This document shows, one piece after another, positions 11,409 through 21,325 of a stretch of 64,000 nucleotides of DNA (the first letter of the stretch is position 1; every line of letters starts with the position of its first letter). Where the stretch lies: positions 2,880,001-2,944,000 of the forward strand of contig OY760183.1 of the NCBI GenBank assembly GCA_963663275.1, written 5' to 3'. Under the pieces are notes generated by a model. It was given only the letters and a program-made list of their open reading frames with translations, was not told the DNA's origin and searched no databases. Position numbers and translations under genes: made by a program. The stretch comes from Chloroflexota bacterium (lineage in GTDB: Bacteria; Chloroflexota; UBA11872; VXOZ01).

Positions 11409-11799
11409 AGATGGCGACGCCCAATACTACGTCGGCGTGGGGCGGCGCAAAGAGGCCGTGGCCCGCATCCGCCTCTACAGCGGCGAGCGCGGCATCATCG
11501 TCAACGGCCGGCCCCTGGAAGACTATTTTCCCCGCATCCTGCACCAGAACGTGGTGCAGGAACCGCTCGACCTCGTCGGCGCTGGCTTTCGCGTCTCGGC
11601 GAAAGTAGTCGGCGGCGGCATCAGCGGCCAGGCGGACGCCATCCGCCACGGCGTGGCGCGGGCGCTGGTCAACGCCAATGAACAATACCGCTTTACCCTG
11701 CGCAAGGCCGGCCTGCTCACCCGCGACGCCCGCGTAAAAGAGCGGAAGAAATACGGCCTCAAACGCGCCCGCAAAGCCCCGCAGTACACCAAGCGCTAG
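11401..11799 (+). CDS. rpsI: 30S ribosomal protein S9
   Basis: GRRKEAVA; [19 protein letters not shown]. Confidence 0.97.
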   Translation: MSRDGDAQYYVGVGRRKEAVARIRLYSGERGIIVNGRPLEDYFPRILHQNVVQEPLDLVGAGFRVSAKVVGGGISGQADAIRHGVARALVNANEQYRFTLRKAGLLTRDARVKERKKYGLKRARKAPQYTKR

Positions 11800-11855
11800 C
11801 CGCCAGGCACGCGGCCCAGCCGTAAGGCGCGCCGCTCGTATTCGGCTCTTAGAAT

Positions 11856-11895
11856 CTCCCTCTCCCTCGAGGGAGAGGGCCGGGGTGAGGGTGAA
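11856..11895. repeat. Palindromic repeat family A
   Basis: ctccctctccctcgagggagagggccggggtgaggg between convergent rpsI and scpB. Confidence 0.75.
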
Positions 11896-12013
11896 TCATC
11901 GCTCTTTGGCTCACTGCCGCCCACAGTCCCGCAAGCCCAATAGCAACCTCACGCTGTTCTCTTGAGCCGGTCGAAATACGCACGCCCCGCCACGACCCCA
12001 TTTACACGCCCGC

Positions 12014-12562
12014 CTACGCGCCCTCCTCAGGCTCAGCGTCCCCGCCGGTCAGCGCGGCCAGAAACCGCTCCCGTTCCGGCAGGTCTTCCAGGCTGGCCAG
12101 CCCAAAGCGCTTGAGAAACTCGAAAGTCGTGCGGTACTCGATTGGCCGTCCAGGCGTGGGCCGCCGCTCGCCGGCGGCAATCAGTTCGCGATTGAGCAGC
12201 ACGGCCAGCGTGTGATCCGAGTTTACGCCGCGAATGCGCTCGATCTCGGCGCGGGTAGCCGGCTGGTAATACGCAATCACGGCCAGCGTTTCCAGCGTGG
12301 CCCGCGAAAGTTTCTCGCGGCGGTGCACGCCCAACAGCGCGCGCACGTACGGCGCCGCGTCCGGGTGCGAGACGAAGAGATACGCCCCGTCCTGCTCCTG
12401 CAGCAGAATGCCCCGCTGGCGCGCCTCCGCCTTCAGTCCCGCCAAGGCCTCAGCCACGACCCGCGCCGGTTCCCCGGCGACCTGCGCCATTTCCCGCACC
12501 GTGAGCGGCCGCTCGGCGACGAAGAGGAGCGCCTCCAGCACAGCGGTCAGCGGCAGCGCCAT
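12014..12562 (-). CDS. scpB: SMC-Scp complex subunit ScpB
   Basis: LEALLF; LETLAVIAYYQPATRAEIERIRGV; FGLASLEDLP. Confidence 0.93.
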   Translation of the reverse strand: MALPLTAVLEALLFVAERPLTVREMAQVAGEPARVVAEALAGLKAEARQRGILLQEQDGAYLFVSHPDAAPYVRALLGVHRREKLSRATLETLAVIAYYQPATRAEIERIRGVNSDHTLAVLLNRELIAAGERRPTPGRPIEYRTTFEFLKRFGLASLEDLPERERFLAALTGGDAEPEEGA

Positions 12563-12568
12563 GAGCAA

Positions 12569-13378
12569 TTACCTTCCCCGCGCCGGAGCGGGCGCAGGAG
12601 ATTCCAGATCGTGCGCGGAATCCGTCGTCGGCGCGGAATCCGCTGTTGGCCCACCCTCCACCGGCGGTGCGGCGGGACCGGAAGGCGCGGGGAAGATGTG
12701 GATGTCGGCGTAGAGCGCATTCTGCCGCACCGTGGCCTTGCCCAGCCGCAGAAACTCCAGCACGGCCAGGAACGCCACCACGATCTCCTCCAACGACTGC
12801 GCCGGCCGGATGATCTCGCGAAATCCGGCCTGGCCGTGCCGCGCCAGCAGCGTATCGATGCGTTCCAGATAGGTCTCGACGTGCACCGTGCGCCGGGCCA
12901 CGGTGGGCAGGTCGTCTTCCTTCTCCTCCAGCACCGCCGCCAGCGCGCTCACAAGGTCTTCGGGCGCATAGCCGACGAGCTCGGGCGCTGCGGGGGCTGG
13001 CGTTGGCGGCGGCGCCGTCCGCTGGTAGGAGCCGCCGCGTTCTTCCTGCCAGGCGGCGACGGTGGTCATCAACTGCGTGAACCGCTGGTAGCCGCGCAGT
13101 TGCTCCTCCAGAGACTCTTCCTCCTCGTCCGCTTCCCGGGGCTCGTGCAGCAGCGCCCGCGACTTGTAATGCATCAGTTGCGCCGCCGCGCGCAGAAACG
13201 CCGCCAGCAGCGGGCCGTCCCGCGCGCCCATGCTCTCCACGTGGGCCAGGAACTGCCCGGTCACCGCCACCAGCGAGAGTTCCGTTATGTCAAGTCTCTG
13301 CTCCTGAATTAGTCCCAGCAGGACGTCGAGCGGGCCTTCGAAGATCGCCAGGCGCACGGAAGGTAGCGGGGAAGCCAT
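12569..13378 (-). CDS. scpA: Segregation/condensation protein A (kleisin)
   Basis: FEGPLDVLLGLI; FLAVLE; adjacent to scpB. Confidence 0.92.
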   Translation of the reverse strand: MASPLPSVRLAIFEGPLDVLLGLIQEQRLDITELSLVAVTGQFLAHVESMGARDGPLLAAFLRAAAQLMHYKSRALLHEPREADEEEESLEEQLRGYQRFTQLMTTVAAWQEERGGSYQRTAPPPTPAPAAPELVGYAPEDLVSALAAVLEEKEDDLPTVARRTVHVETYLERIDTLLARHGQAGFREIIRPAQSLEEIVVAFLAVLEFLRLGKATVRQNALYADIHIFPAPSGPAAPPVEGGPTADSAPTTDSAHDLESPAPAPARGR

Positions 13379-13379
13379 G

Positions 13380-14033
13380 TCAGAAGCCGAGGAAGAGATT
13401 TCTGAGATATTCAACCGGCGTGCCAAGGACAGCTTGGAAGATACCGAATCGCAAGAACCACATGTCCAAGAGCACGATCATGAACAGCACTAACGGCCCC
13501 TGCACCTCAAACCGGGTAATGGAGGGCACAAGGTGCGGCGGCAAGAAGCGCAGCAGCACCCGGTAGCCGTCCAGAGGCGGAATCGGAATGATGTTGAATA
13601 TGGCCAAGGCGATGTTTATGTGCACCACCCAGACCAGAACCTGTGCAATCGCGATGGTAGTTTCATCGGTAGTCGGATCGACTGATGAAAGGAAGTTGCG
13701 CAACAAGACTCCGATTACGGCCGCGGTCAGGATATTTGCGGCCGGACCCGCGATCGCCACCATTGCGCCCCCCGAAATCGGGCCGTTACGTAAGTTCGCC
13801 GGGTTATACGGCACCGGCTTGCCCCAGCCAAAGCCGATGAGGACAATCATCAGCGAGCCCATCAGGTCCAGGTGCGCCAGCGGATTGAGCGTGAGCCGTC
13901 CCAGATCCCGCGCCGTGGGATCGCCCAGCCGGTTCGCCATCCACGCATGACTGAATTCATGCACGGAAATGCCCACCACAAGCGCAATCAGGACGCCCAG
14001 GAATACCGCCGGATTTCCAAGTTGGGCAAGCAC
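13380..14033 (-). CDS. Site-2 protease family (M50) membrane metalloprotease
   Basis: HEFSH; NIIPIPPLDG. Confidence 0.92.
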   Translation of the reverse strand: MLAQLGNPAVFLGVLIALVVGISVHEFSHAWMANRLGDPTARDLGRLTLNPLAHLDLMGSLMIVLIGFGWGKPVPYNPANLRNGPISGGAMVAIAGPAANILTAAVIGVLLRNFLSSVDPTTDETTIAIAQVLVWVVHINIALAIFNIIPIPPLDGYRVLLRFLPPHLVPSITRFEVQGPLVLFMIVLLDMWFLRFGIFQAVLGTPVEYLRNLFLGF

Positions 14034-14194
14034 CGTCGACCTCCCGGGAGGCGGGTTGAAAGGGTAAACGAACGGACAGACTCATCGTAGCACCGGCGCC
14101 TATGCAATGACAACCGAGACGAGCAGGTTCAGGCTGGCGCCCGCCGCTCATGCCACACGCGGCGGGCGCGCCCGCTCAAACCGATTCACACATC

Positions 14195-14328
14195 TGTCAT
14201 TCCGAGCGGAGCGAGGAATCTAGTGTCCTTGCAGCGGCAGTCTGAATGGCTCACCACTCTAGATTCCTCTCTCCGCTGCGCTCCGTTCGGAATGACAATT
14301 ACCGTGAACGCACCCGCTCGGAATGACA
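14195..14328. repeat. Palindromic repeat family E (TGTCATTCCGAGCGGAGCGAGGAATCT...AGATTCC...CGGAATGACA)
   Basis: Same element occurs inside the MITEs at about 16204, 41301 and 59535. Confidence 0.8.
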
Positions 14329-14586
14329 CGCACCGTGAACGCTCTCGGCCGGAGTGGCAATAGCGCACACCATACACAAGACCGGAGACACATTCTGACA
14401 GGAGGCGTATCGCGACATGCAGACCGGCCCGGCACGGGCACGTGAGTAACGGTCCGCTATTCCCCAATGACAACGCCACTTGTCGCTAGAAAGCGGATTT
14501 GCTACGATGAAACGTGACCGCCCACGCCGGTGGGCTTGGGGGCGTTGTGTCTTGTAATGAACCCAGCGTGGGGATGCGAGAGGCTT

Positions 14587-14907
14587 ATGCGCGCGAATGC
14601 GGCTCACGTCGATCCGATCGAGATGTTTGCGGGCGTGCACCGCAAGACGCTCGCGTATGGCGCAAACTCCATGATTTGCCAGATCAGCTTTGCCCCCGGC
14701 GGCGACGTTCCTCTGCACCAGCATCCCAACGAGCAGACGGGATACGTCATCGAGGGCACGCTGAAGCTCACAATCGATACCGAACTGCTGGTGCTGAAAC
14801 CGGGCGAGACCTACGTAATCCCCGGCAATACGCCCCACGCCGCCACGGCGGACGAACCGACCGTCGTGCTGGACATCTTTTCGCCGCCGCGCGAGGACTA
14901 CAAGTAG
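14587..14907 (+). CDS. Cupin domain protein
   Basis: HQHPNEQ; IPGNTPH; DIFSPPRED. Confidence 0.85.
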   Translation: MRANAAHVDPIEMFAGVHRKTLAYGANSMICQISFAPGGDVPLHQHPNEQTGYVIEGTLKLTIDTELLVLKPGETYVIPGNTPHAATADEPTVVLDIFSPPREDYK

Positions 14908-14959
14908 CGAGCGCCCACACGCGCGCTCAAGCGCAAACAACCGCAGAAGGAGTACCGAC

Positions 14960-15202
14960 TTGCTCAGGATCCGCCTTGTTCGCATTGGCAAACGCAAGCA
15001 GCCCCACTATCGAGTCGTCGTCGCCGACGCCAGGACGGCGCGCAACGGCCGCCACGTGGACGTGCTGGGGCACTACAATCCGCGCACTGAGCCATCCACC
15101 GTGCAGATCGACACTGAACGCGCGCAGGACTGGCTGCAGAAGGGCGCGCAACCAACGGACCGCGTGCGCAAACTGCTCACAATCGCCGGACTGGAGGCAT
15201 AG
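14960..15202 (+). CDS. rpsP: 30S ribosomal protein S16
   Basis: IRLVRIG; YRVVVAD; GAQPT. Confidence 0.96.
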   Translation: MLRIRLVRIGKRKQPHYRVVVADARTARNGRHVDVLGHYNPRTEPSTVQIDTERAQDWLQKGAQPTDRVRKLLTIAGLEA

Positions 15203-15204
15203 CG

Positions 15205-15540
15205 ATGTACGAACGGCGGTCCGGCAGGCCGCGCGACGGCGGACGGCGCGGCCCCCGGCAACGGGGCGGCAGAGACCGCGACTACCGGGGTGACAGCGGC
15301 ACCGTGCCGGCGCTCACCGGCCTCATCGAATTCGTCGCCTACGGCCTGGTGCGCAACGTGGACGCCGTGCAAGTGCGCGAAATCGTGCGTTCCCAGGCAG
15401 TCGTCTACGAACTGCGCGTGGCCGATGAGGACAAGGGCCGCGTGATCGGCAAGGACGGTCGCATTGCCCAGGCCCTGCGCACGGTCATGCGCGCCGCGGC
15501 CGGCGAGTCGAGCCGCCGCGTGGCGCTCGACATCATTTAG
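15205..15540 (+). CDS. khpA: KH-domain RNA-binding protein KhpA-like
   Basis: DKGRVIGKDGRIAQALRT; lies between rpsP and rimM. Confidence 0.88.
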   Translation: MYERRSGRPRDGGRRGPRQRGGRDRDYRGDSGTVPALTGLIEFVAYGLVRNVDAVQVREIVRSQAVVYELRVADEDKGRVIGKDGRIAQALRTVMRAAAGESSRRVALDII

Positions 15541-15542
15541 CC

Positions 15543-16091
15543 TTGAGCGGCACAAGCGCCCGTGACGGAGAGCGGCCCGACGCCTACGACGGCTGGATCA
15601 TCATCGGACGCATCCGCGCGCCGCACGGCATCCGGGGCGAGGTGCGCGTGGAACTGCTCACCGACTTTCCCGAACGCTACCGGACGCTCAAGCGCGTCTA
15701 CCTGGGCGAGCGGCACGAGCCTCACGCGGTTGAAGCGGCGCGCTTTACCCCCAAAGGCGTTCTGCTCAAACTCGCCGGCGTGAACGCGCGGGATGCCGCG
15801 GACGCCCTGCGCGGCGCGTACGTGGCGCTGCCTGAAGCGGACTTGCCCCCGCTTCCCACCGGCAATTTCCACCATCACCAGATCAGAGGTCTCGGCGTCT
15901 ACGCGGAAGACGGCCGGCACTTGGGTGCGGTGGCGGAGATACTCACCACCGGCAGCAACGACGTCTACGTCGTGCGCGGCGGGCCGTCCGGGGAGATTCT
16001 GCTGCCGGCCATCGCGGACGTAATCCTCAGCATCGACCTGAAAGCGGAACGCATCACCGTCCGCCTCATCCCCGGCCTCGTACCGGATTGA
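15543..16091 (+). CDS. rimM: Ribosome maturation factor RimM
   Basis: PHGIRGEV; TGSNDVYVV. Confidence 0.94.
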   Translation: MSGTSARDGERPDAYDGWIIIGRIRAPHGIRGEVRVELLTDFPERYRTLKRVYLGERHEPHAVEAARFTPKGVLLKLAGVNARDAADALRGAYVALPEADLPPLPTGNFHHHQIRGLGVYAEDGRHLGAVAEILTTGSNDVYVVRGGPSGEILLPAIADVILSIDLKAERITVRLIPGLVPD

Positions 16092-16152
16092 AAGCATGGC
16101 GCGCATCTGCTCGAATCCACGTTGCCGAGACGATTCACCTCTCGTGCCAATG

Positions 16153-16456
16153 TAGACCTTTGCGTAACCCCTTCCCCATTGGGGGCTGACAGGGGTAGGC
16201 AAGTGTCATTCCGAGCGGAGCGAGGAATCTAGAACCGACGTTTTTGCAGCGAAAGCCTTAGATTCCTCTCTCCGCTGCGCTCCGCTCGGAATGACACGTG
16301 AAGTCGGATGTAGAATGCCTACCCCTGTCAGCCCATTGGGGGGGGGGGGAAGGTTGGGATGGGGGGGTGAAATGGCTTGACACCATGCACTTTTTAGTTG
16401 TAAAAGCACTCTGGATTCCGGTTTTCACCGGAATGACAGAGTTATGCAAAGGTCTC
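16153..16456. mobile_element. Composite MITE with (G)AGACCTTTGC terminal inverted repeats and a nested GGGCTGACAGGGGTAGGCA-bounded element
   Basis: Terminal inverted repeats, flanking CAATG duplication, near-identical copy at 59483-59793. Confidence 0.8.
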
Positions 16457-16467
16457 CAATGGGGTAA

Positions 16468-16808
16468 GGGGCACGGCAAGTCGCAATGCTGTCTCATTAG
16501 CTCTTGAATTAGGCAACCACGGCGAATCCGCGCTGTAAGTGCGCTGAAAATGTCGCACCGCCGGTGTAGGGGCACGACATGTCGCAATGCTGTCTCATTA
16601 GCTTTTGAATTAGGCAACCACGGCGAATCGGCGCTGTAAATGCGCTGAACATGTCGTACCGCCGGTGTAGGGGCACGGCAAGTCGCAATGCTGTCTCATT
16701 AGCTTTTGAATCAGGCAACCATGGCGAATCCGCGCTGTAAGTGCGCTGAACATGTCGTACTGCCGGTGTAGGGGCACGACATGTCGTGCCCCTACACCGG
16801 CAGTACGA
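16468..16808. repeat. Three 101-bp tandem units followed by a perfect 54-bp palindrome (16755-16808)
   Basis: GGGGCACG recurs at 16468, 16569, 16670 and 16771. Confidence 0.88.
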
Positions 16809-16854
16809 GCCGAATCGCGCGGCAAGAGAACACAGCCAACACCGAGCAATCGCC

Positions 16855-17595
16855 ATGATGCGCGTAGACATTCTCACGCTCTTTCCCGACTACTTTCGCG
16901 GCCCGCTCGCCCACGGCACGCTCAGCCGCGCCGTGCGGGGCGGCAATCTCACCGTGAGCGTGCACAATCTGCGCAATTGGGCCGAGGGCAGGCACCGGGT
17001 GACGGACGACTACACCTTTGGCGGCGGCACGGGCATGGTGATGAAGCCGGAGCCTCTCTTTCGCGCTGTCGCGGACCTCAGAACGCCGGGCGCGTACGTC
17101 ATTCTGCTAAGTCCCGCCGGCAGCCTGCTCACCCAACAGTCCGCCGCCGAGCTGGCCACGCGGGAGCATCTCATCCTGCTGTGCGGGCGCTACGAAGGCG
17201 TGGACGAGCGCGTGGCGGCGCATCTGGCCGATGCGGAAATCTCCATCGGCGACTACGTGGTCAGCGGCGGCGAGTTGCCCGCCCTGGTGCTGCTGGACGC
17301 GGCGGCGCGCCGCCTCCCCGGCGTGCTAGGCGGGGGAGAGGCGGCCGTGACCGAGGAATCCCACGCCGCCGGTATCCTGGAATATCCCCACTACACGCGC
17401 CCCGCATCATATCAAGGCATGGCGGTCCCTGAAGAATTGCTCTCCGGCAACCACCGGCAGATCGAACGGTGGCGGCGGCGGCAGTCGCTGGCGCGCACCC
17501 GCGCACGCCGCCCCGACCTGCTCGCGCAAGCCGACCTCAGCGAAGAGGACAGGAGCCTCCTGGAGAGAGAGGCAAATTGCGACATGCCCGAATAG
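16855..17595 (+). CDS. trmD: tRNA (guanine37-N1)-methyltransferase
   Basis: ILTLFP; CGRYEGVDER; SIGDYVVSGGE; YPHYTRP. Confidence 0.96.
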   Translation: MMRVDILTLFPDYFRGPLAHGTLSRAVRGGNLTVSVHNLRNWAEGRHRVTDDYTFGGGTGMVMKPEPLFRAVADLRTPGAYVILLSPAGSLLTQQSAAELATREHLILLCGRYEGVDERVAAHLADAEISIGDYVVSGGELPALVLLDAAARRLPGVLGGGEAAVTEESHAAGILEYPHYTRPASYQGMAVPEELLSGNHRQIERWRRRQSLARTRARRPDLLAQADLSEEDRSLLEREANCDMPE

Positions 17596-17660
17596 TGTGC
17601 TACTGTAGCAAGGTGACGATTAAAGGCGAAGGCAGCGTTTTCCAGTAACGAGAAGTGACA

Positions 17661-18005
17661 ATGGCAACCATCATCGACGACATTGTGCAGTCGCGTTTGA
17701 AGACCGAACTGCCGGAGTTTGCCCCGGGCGATACCGTGCGCGTAGATGTAAAGGTCGTGGAGAGCGGCCGCGAGCGCACGCAGGCTTTCGAGGGCGTGGT
17801 GCTGGCGCGCCGCGCCGCCGGCATCAACGAGAACTTCACCGTGCGCCGCACCACCCACGGCATCGGCGTGGAGCGCACGTTCCTCGTCCACTCGCCCCGC
17901 ATCGAGAGCGTCCGCGTGGTGCGGCGCGGCCGGGTGCGGCGCGCAAAACTCTACTATCTCCGCGACCGCGTCGGCAAGGCCGCCCGCATCAAGGAACGCC
18001 GGTAG
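17661..18005 (+). CDS. rplS: 50S ribosomal protein L19
   Basis: PGDTVRV; [12 protein letters not shown]. Confidence 0.97.
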   Translation: MATIIDDIVQSRLKTELPEFAPGDTVRVDVKVVESGRERTQAFEGVVLARRAAGINENFTVRRTTHGIGVERTFLVHSPRIESVRVVRRGRVRRAKLYYLRDRVGKAARIKERR

Positions 18006-18100
18006 CCGGCCCATCGTTGGAAAGGATGCCCGCTCGCTTTCGTTCAAGCGGGCATTATCGTGTCATGCGTCTTAGTCGAAGTATGCGCACACCCGTCCGC

Positions 18101-18832
18101 ATGGACTACCTGGCGATCGAGCGGTCTTGGCTGGATCGCGGCGCTACGGTGATTGCCGGTACGGACGAAGTCGGCCGCGGCGCTTGGGCCGGTCCCGTGG
18201 TGGCCGGCGTGGTGGCCGTTGGCGTCGGCGTCTACCGCGCGCCGCCCGCCGACCTGCGCGGCATCGACGATTCCAAGCGGCTCACCCCAAAGCGGCGCGA
18301 GGCGCTCGTGCCGGGCATCATGGCGCACGCCGCCGCCTGGGGCCTGGGCGCGGCGACCTCCCGCGAAATCGCCAGCGACGGCCTCAGCGCGGCGGTACGC
18401 CTGGCCATCCGGCGCGCCTACGGCGACGTTGCCGCCAAGCTCACGCAAGCGCCCGACGTCCTCCTGACCGACGCCGTCGCGCTCCCCGGCGCGCCCGTGC
18501 CGGTAGAAGCGCATACCAAAGCCGACCAGCGCTGCCTGGCGGTGGCAATGGCGTCGATCCTGGCCAAAGTGCACCGCGACCGGCTGATGCGCCGTTTCGA
18601 TCCGGTCTACCCGTTCTTCGACTTTGCCCGCAATAAAGGCTACGGCACCCGCAGCCACGCGCGGGCGTTGCTGCGCCTGGGGCCGTGCGCCATTCACCGC
18701 GCCACGTATCGCCCGGTCATGCGCGCCGCCTCCGCGCTCATGGGCGGGGAATCCGGCGGTTCGACTCCTGCGGTGACGCAGGCCAACGCCGCCTCAGTGC
18801 GACCACCCTGCCGCTGGGGAAGTGACGCATGA
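18101..18832 (+). CDS. rnhB: Ribonuclease HII
   Basis: GTDEVGRGAWAGPV; DSKRL; ASILAKV; NKGYGT; start codon uncertain. Confidence 0.92.
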   Translation: MDYLAIERSWLDRGATVIAGTDEVGRGAWAGPVVAGVVAVGVGVYRAPPADLRGIDDSKRLTPKRREALVPGIMAHAAAWGLGAATSREIASDGLSAAVRLAIRRAYGDVAAKLTQAPDVLLTDAVALPGAPVPVEAHTKADQRCLAVAMASILAKVHRDRLMRRFDPVYPFFDFARNKGYGTRSHARALLRLGPCAIHRATYRPVMRAASALMGGESGGSTPAVTQANAASVRPPCRWGSDA

Positions 18833-19239
18833 ACCCGACTCCAGCGCAAACTGGGCCCGCGTCCAGGACACCGAACCGCTACCGGCAAACCGTCGGCAAG
18901 TGGGGCGAAGACGCCGCGGCCCGCTATCTCGCGGCTCAGGGCTACACGATTCTTACTCGCAATTACCGGACACCCGCCGGCGAACTGGACATCATCGCGT
19001 CGGACGGTGAAGCGATAGTGTTCGTAGAGGTAAAGACCCGGCGCACCGCCGGCTTCGGTACGCCCCAGGAAGCGGTAACGCCGGCCAAAGCGTCCCACAT
19101 CATCGCCGCCGCGCAGCACTACCTGCAAGACACCGCCCAGAGCGACGCCGCCTGGCGCATCGACGTTGTCGCCGTTCTCGGCAGCCCCGGGTCGCGTCCG
19201 CAGATTACGCTGATTCGCAACGCGGTGGAGGGTGACTAG
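18829..19239 (+). CDS. YraN family (UPF0102) putative nuclease
   Basis: GELDII; VFVEVKTR; RIDVV; usual neighbour of rnhB. Confidence 0.9.
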   Translation: MNPTPAQTGPASRTPNRYRQTVGKWGEDAAARYLAAQGYTILTRNYRTPAGELDIIASDGEAIVFVEVKTRRTAGFGTPQEAVTPAKASHIIAAAQHYLQDTAQSDAAWRIDVVAVLGSPGSRPQITLIRNAVEGD

Positions 19240-19248
19240 CGCCGCCGC

Positions 19249-19369
19249 CAAGTATATCGACAAGTGTATCGGGAAGCATACCGGGAAGCATACCGGCAAG
19301 CATATCGAGCTTAATGCCGGACTCCGCTCCAGTCCCCTCTCCCTCTGGGAGAGGGCTAGGGTGAGGGTA
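19249..19369. repeat. Five degenerate 12-bp tandem units (CAAGTATATCGA/GAAGCATACCGG) followed by a family A palindrome
   Basis: 12-bp period over 19249-19308; palindrome at 19331-19369. Confidence 0.7.
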
Positions 19370-19421
19370 AAGAAAAGGCAAGTCTTCAGACTGGAACGAA
19401 GTTGAAAGAGCGCCAGAGCAC

Positions 19422-20513
19422 ATGCCCACGCTATGGAACACACCCTATACCCGCGAAGAGTTGCTCAACCGGGTCGGCAGCATGGACCAACTCGGCGGCG
19501 CGCGGCGTCTCCGTTGGGAAGAGGGGCCGGAAGACGCCATGCTGGCCGCGGAGATGCGCACCGGCTCCGGCTTGAACCTCTGGGTAACGCCGACGCGCGG
19601 CCTGGACGTGGCGCACGCCGAGTACAAGGGCATCCCACTCGCCTGGCGTTCCCGCACCGGCGACGTGCACAGCGCCTATTTCGAACCCGAGGGGATGGGT
19701 TGGTTGCGGGGTTTCTTTGGCGGCCTCATCACCACTTGCGGCCTCACCTATCTCGGCGCGCCGTGCGTGGACCAAGGCGAGGAACTCGGCATCCACGGCC
19801 GCATCTCCTACACCGCCGCCCGCAACGTCCTGGTGGATAACGACTGGGACGGCGACGACTACGTGATGCGCGTGCAGGGGCGGCTGACCGAGAGCGCCGT
19901 CTTCGGCAATACCCTCGTGCTCACCCGCTGCATCTGGGCGCGGCTCGGTGAGTCGCGCTTCTTCGTGCACGACCGGGTTGAGAATGTGGGGAGGGAGCAA
20001 AGCCCGTTCATGCTGCTCTACCACGTCAACGTCGGCTTCCCCCTCGTGCACCGGGACGCGCGGCTGCTTTCGCCCACGGAACGCGCCGAGCCCCGCGACG
20101 CGGACGCCGCAGTTGGGCGCGACGAATACGACCGTTTCGAAGACCCCACGCCCGATTATGCCGAGCGCGTGTACTTCCATACCATGCGGCCCAACACCGA
20201 GGGGCGCGTGCAGGCGGCAATCGTCAATCCGCTGCTGCCCGGCGGTTTCGCCGCACAGGGCGGCCTGGGCGTGTACCTGCGCTACGATCCGCTTGAGCTT
20301 CCCTGCTTCACCGAATGGAAGATGATGAACAGCGACGAGTACGTCGTTGGCCTGGAACCCGGCAACTGCCTGCCGCTGGGACGCGCCGCCGAACGCGCCG
20401 CCGGCCGGCTGCGCCACCTGGCCCCGGGCGAGGCGCGGGAGTTTCATCTGGAGTTCGGCGTCCTCGACGGTGCTGACGCAATCCGGTCTTTCGAGCAGGC
20501 AATGCGCGCATGA
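19422..20513 (+). CDS. Aldose 1-epimerase-like protein (DUF4432-like)
   Basis: RGLDV; GGLITTCGL; HGRIS; LYHVNVG; GLEPGN. Confidence 0.8.
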   Translation: MPTLWNTPYTREELLNRVGSMDQLGGARRLRWEEGPEDAMLAAEMRTGSGLNLWVTPTRGLDVAHAEYKGIPLAWRSRTGDVHSAYFEPEGMGWLRGFFGGLITTCGLTYLGAPCVDQGEELGIHGRISYTAARNVLVDNDWDGDDYVMRVQGRLTESAVFGNTLVLTRCIWARLGESRFFVHDRVENVGREQSPFMLLYHVNVGFPLVHRDARLLSPTERAEPRDADAAVGRDEYDRFEDPTPDYAERVYFHTMRPNTEGRVQAAIVNPLLPGGFAAQGGLGVYLRYDPLELPCFTEWKMMNSDEYVVGLEPGNCLPLGRAAERAAGRLRHLAPGEAREFHLEFGVLDGADAIRSFEQAMRA

Positions 20514-21262
20514 AGCCAATCTCCATCCTCTGGTCCGACGGCGTAAGCGAAGCGGAGGTCAAAGCGGCCGTTACCGCCCTGCGGGACTTTCTGCGCTACG
20601 TGCAAACCGTCGGCTTCGAGCAGGACATTTGCCTGGCCCCGATCACCGTGCGGCCCCTGGGCAACTGGATCATTCAAGGCGCCGGCGGCAGCGGCGCGTA
20701 CCATTCGTTCCGGTGGTACTGGCAGACCAGCCTCGATGAACGCTCCGGCCAGGTCTCCGCCGCCACGTTCATCGAAATCGTGCGTTACGAACCCTGGCAA
20801 CACGCCGAACCGCACTTCGACCTCGCCCTGCTGCACTCGGACTTGCGCGACGACGTGACCGACACGGACGAAGACGCGGCATCCGGGGGTGAATATCCGC
20901 TGGTATTCGCGTGCACCGAGCCCGGCCTGGTTACGGTGATTTCAACCTGCCACCTCGCCCACATCGCCGACCGGGATCTGCGGCTCAAGTGCCTGCGCAG
21001 CTTGGTGATGCACAACTTCGGCCGCCTGATCGGCCTGCCCGGCGGACTGCCGGAGACCAAGCGCGGGGCTCCGCAGCCAGCCGCGGCCAGGCACACGCCC
21101 GCGCGGACGTGCGCGCCGCCGTGCGCCATGCATGAAGCCCAGTCCATAGACGATCTGATGAGCGTCGCGGCGGCGGCGAAAGGCGAAAAGCCGGTTTTGT
21201 GCGACCTGTGTAAAGAAGACCTGCGCTCAATTGTCTTTCGCCTGCACTTTTCAGAGAATTAG
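20510..21262 (+). CDS. Archaemetzincin-like protein with degenerate zincin motif
   Basis: MHNFGRLIGL in place of HExGHxxGL; CxxxCxM and CxxC retained. Confidence 0.6.
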   Translation: MKPISILWSDGVSEAEVKAAVTALRDFLRYVQTVGFEQDICLAPITVRPLGNWIIQGAGGSGAYHSFRWYWQTSLDERSGQVSAATFIEIVRYEPWQHAEPHFDLALLHSDLRDDVTDTDEDAASGGEYPLVFACTEPGLVTVISTCHLAHIADRDLRLKCLRSLVMHNFGRLIGLPGGLPETKRGAPQPAAARHTPARTCAPPCAMHEAQSIDDLMSVAAAAKGEKPVLCDLCKEDLRSIVFRLHFSEN

Positions 21263-21325
21263 CCGCAGCGGCAGGCATCGCCGGAGCGTATTAAGCGGAA
21301 TAAAGACGGAGCAGCCTCAGTCACG

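Noticed and set aside
16468-16808. Possible CRISPR or ncRNA array
   Set aside because: Units are near-identical over their full 101 bp, which indicates tandem duplication.
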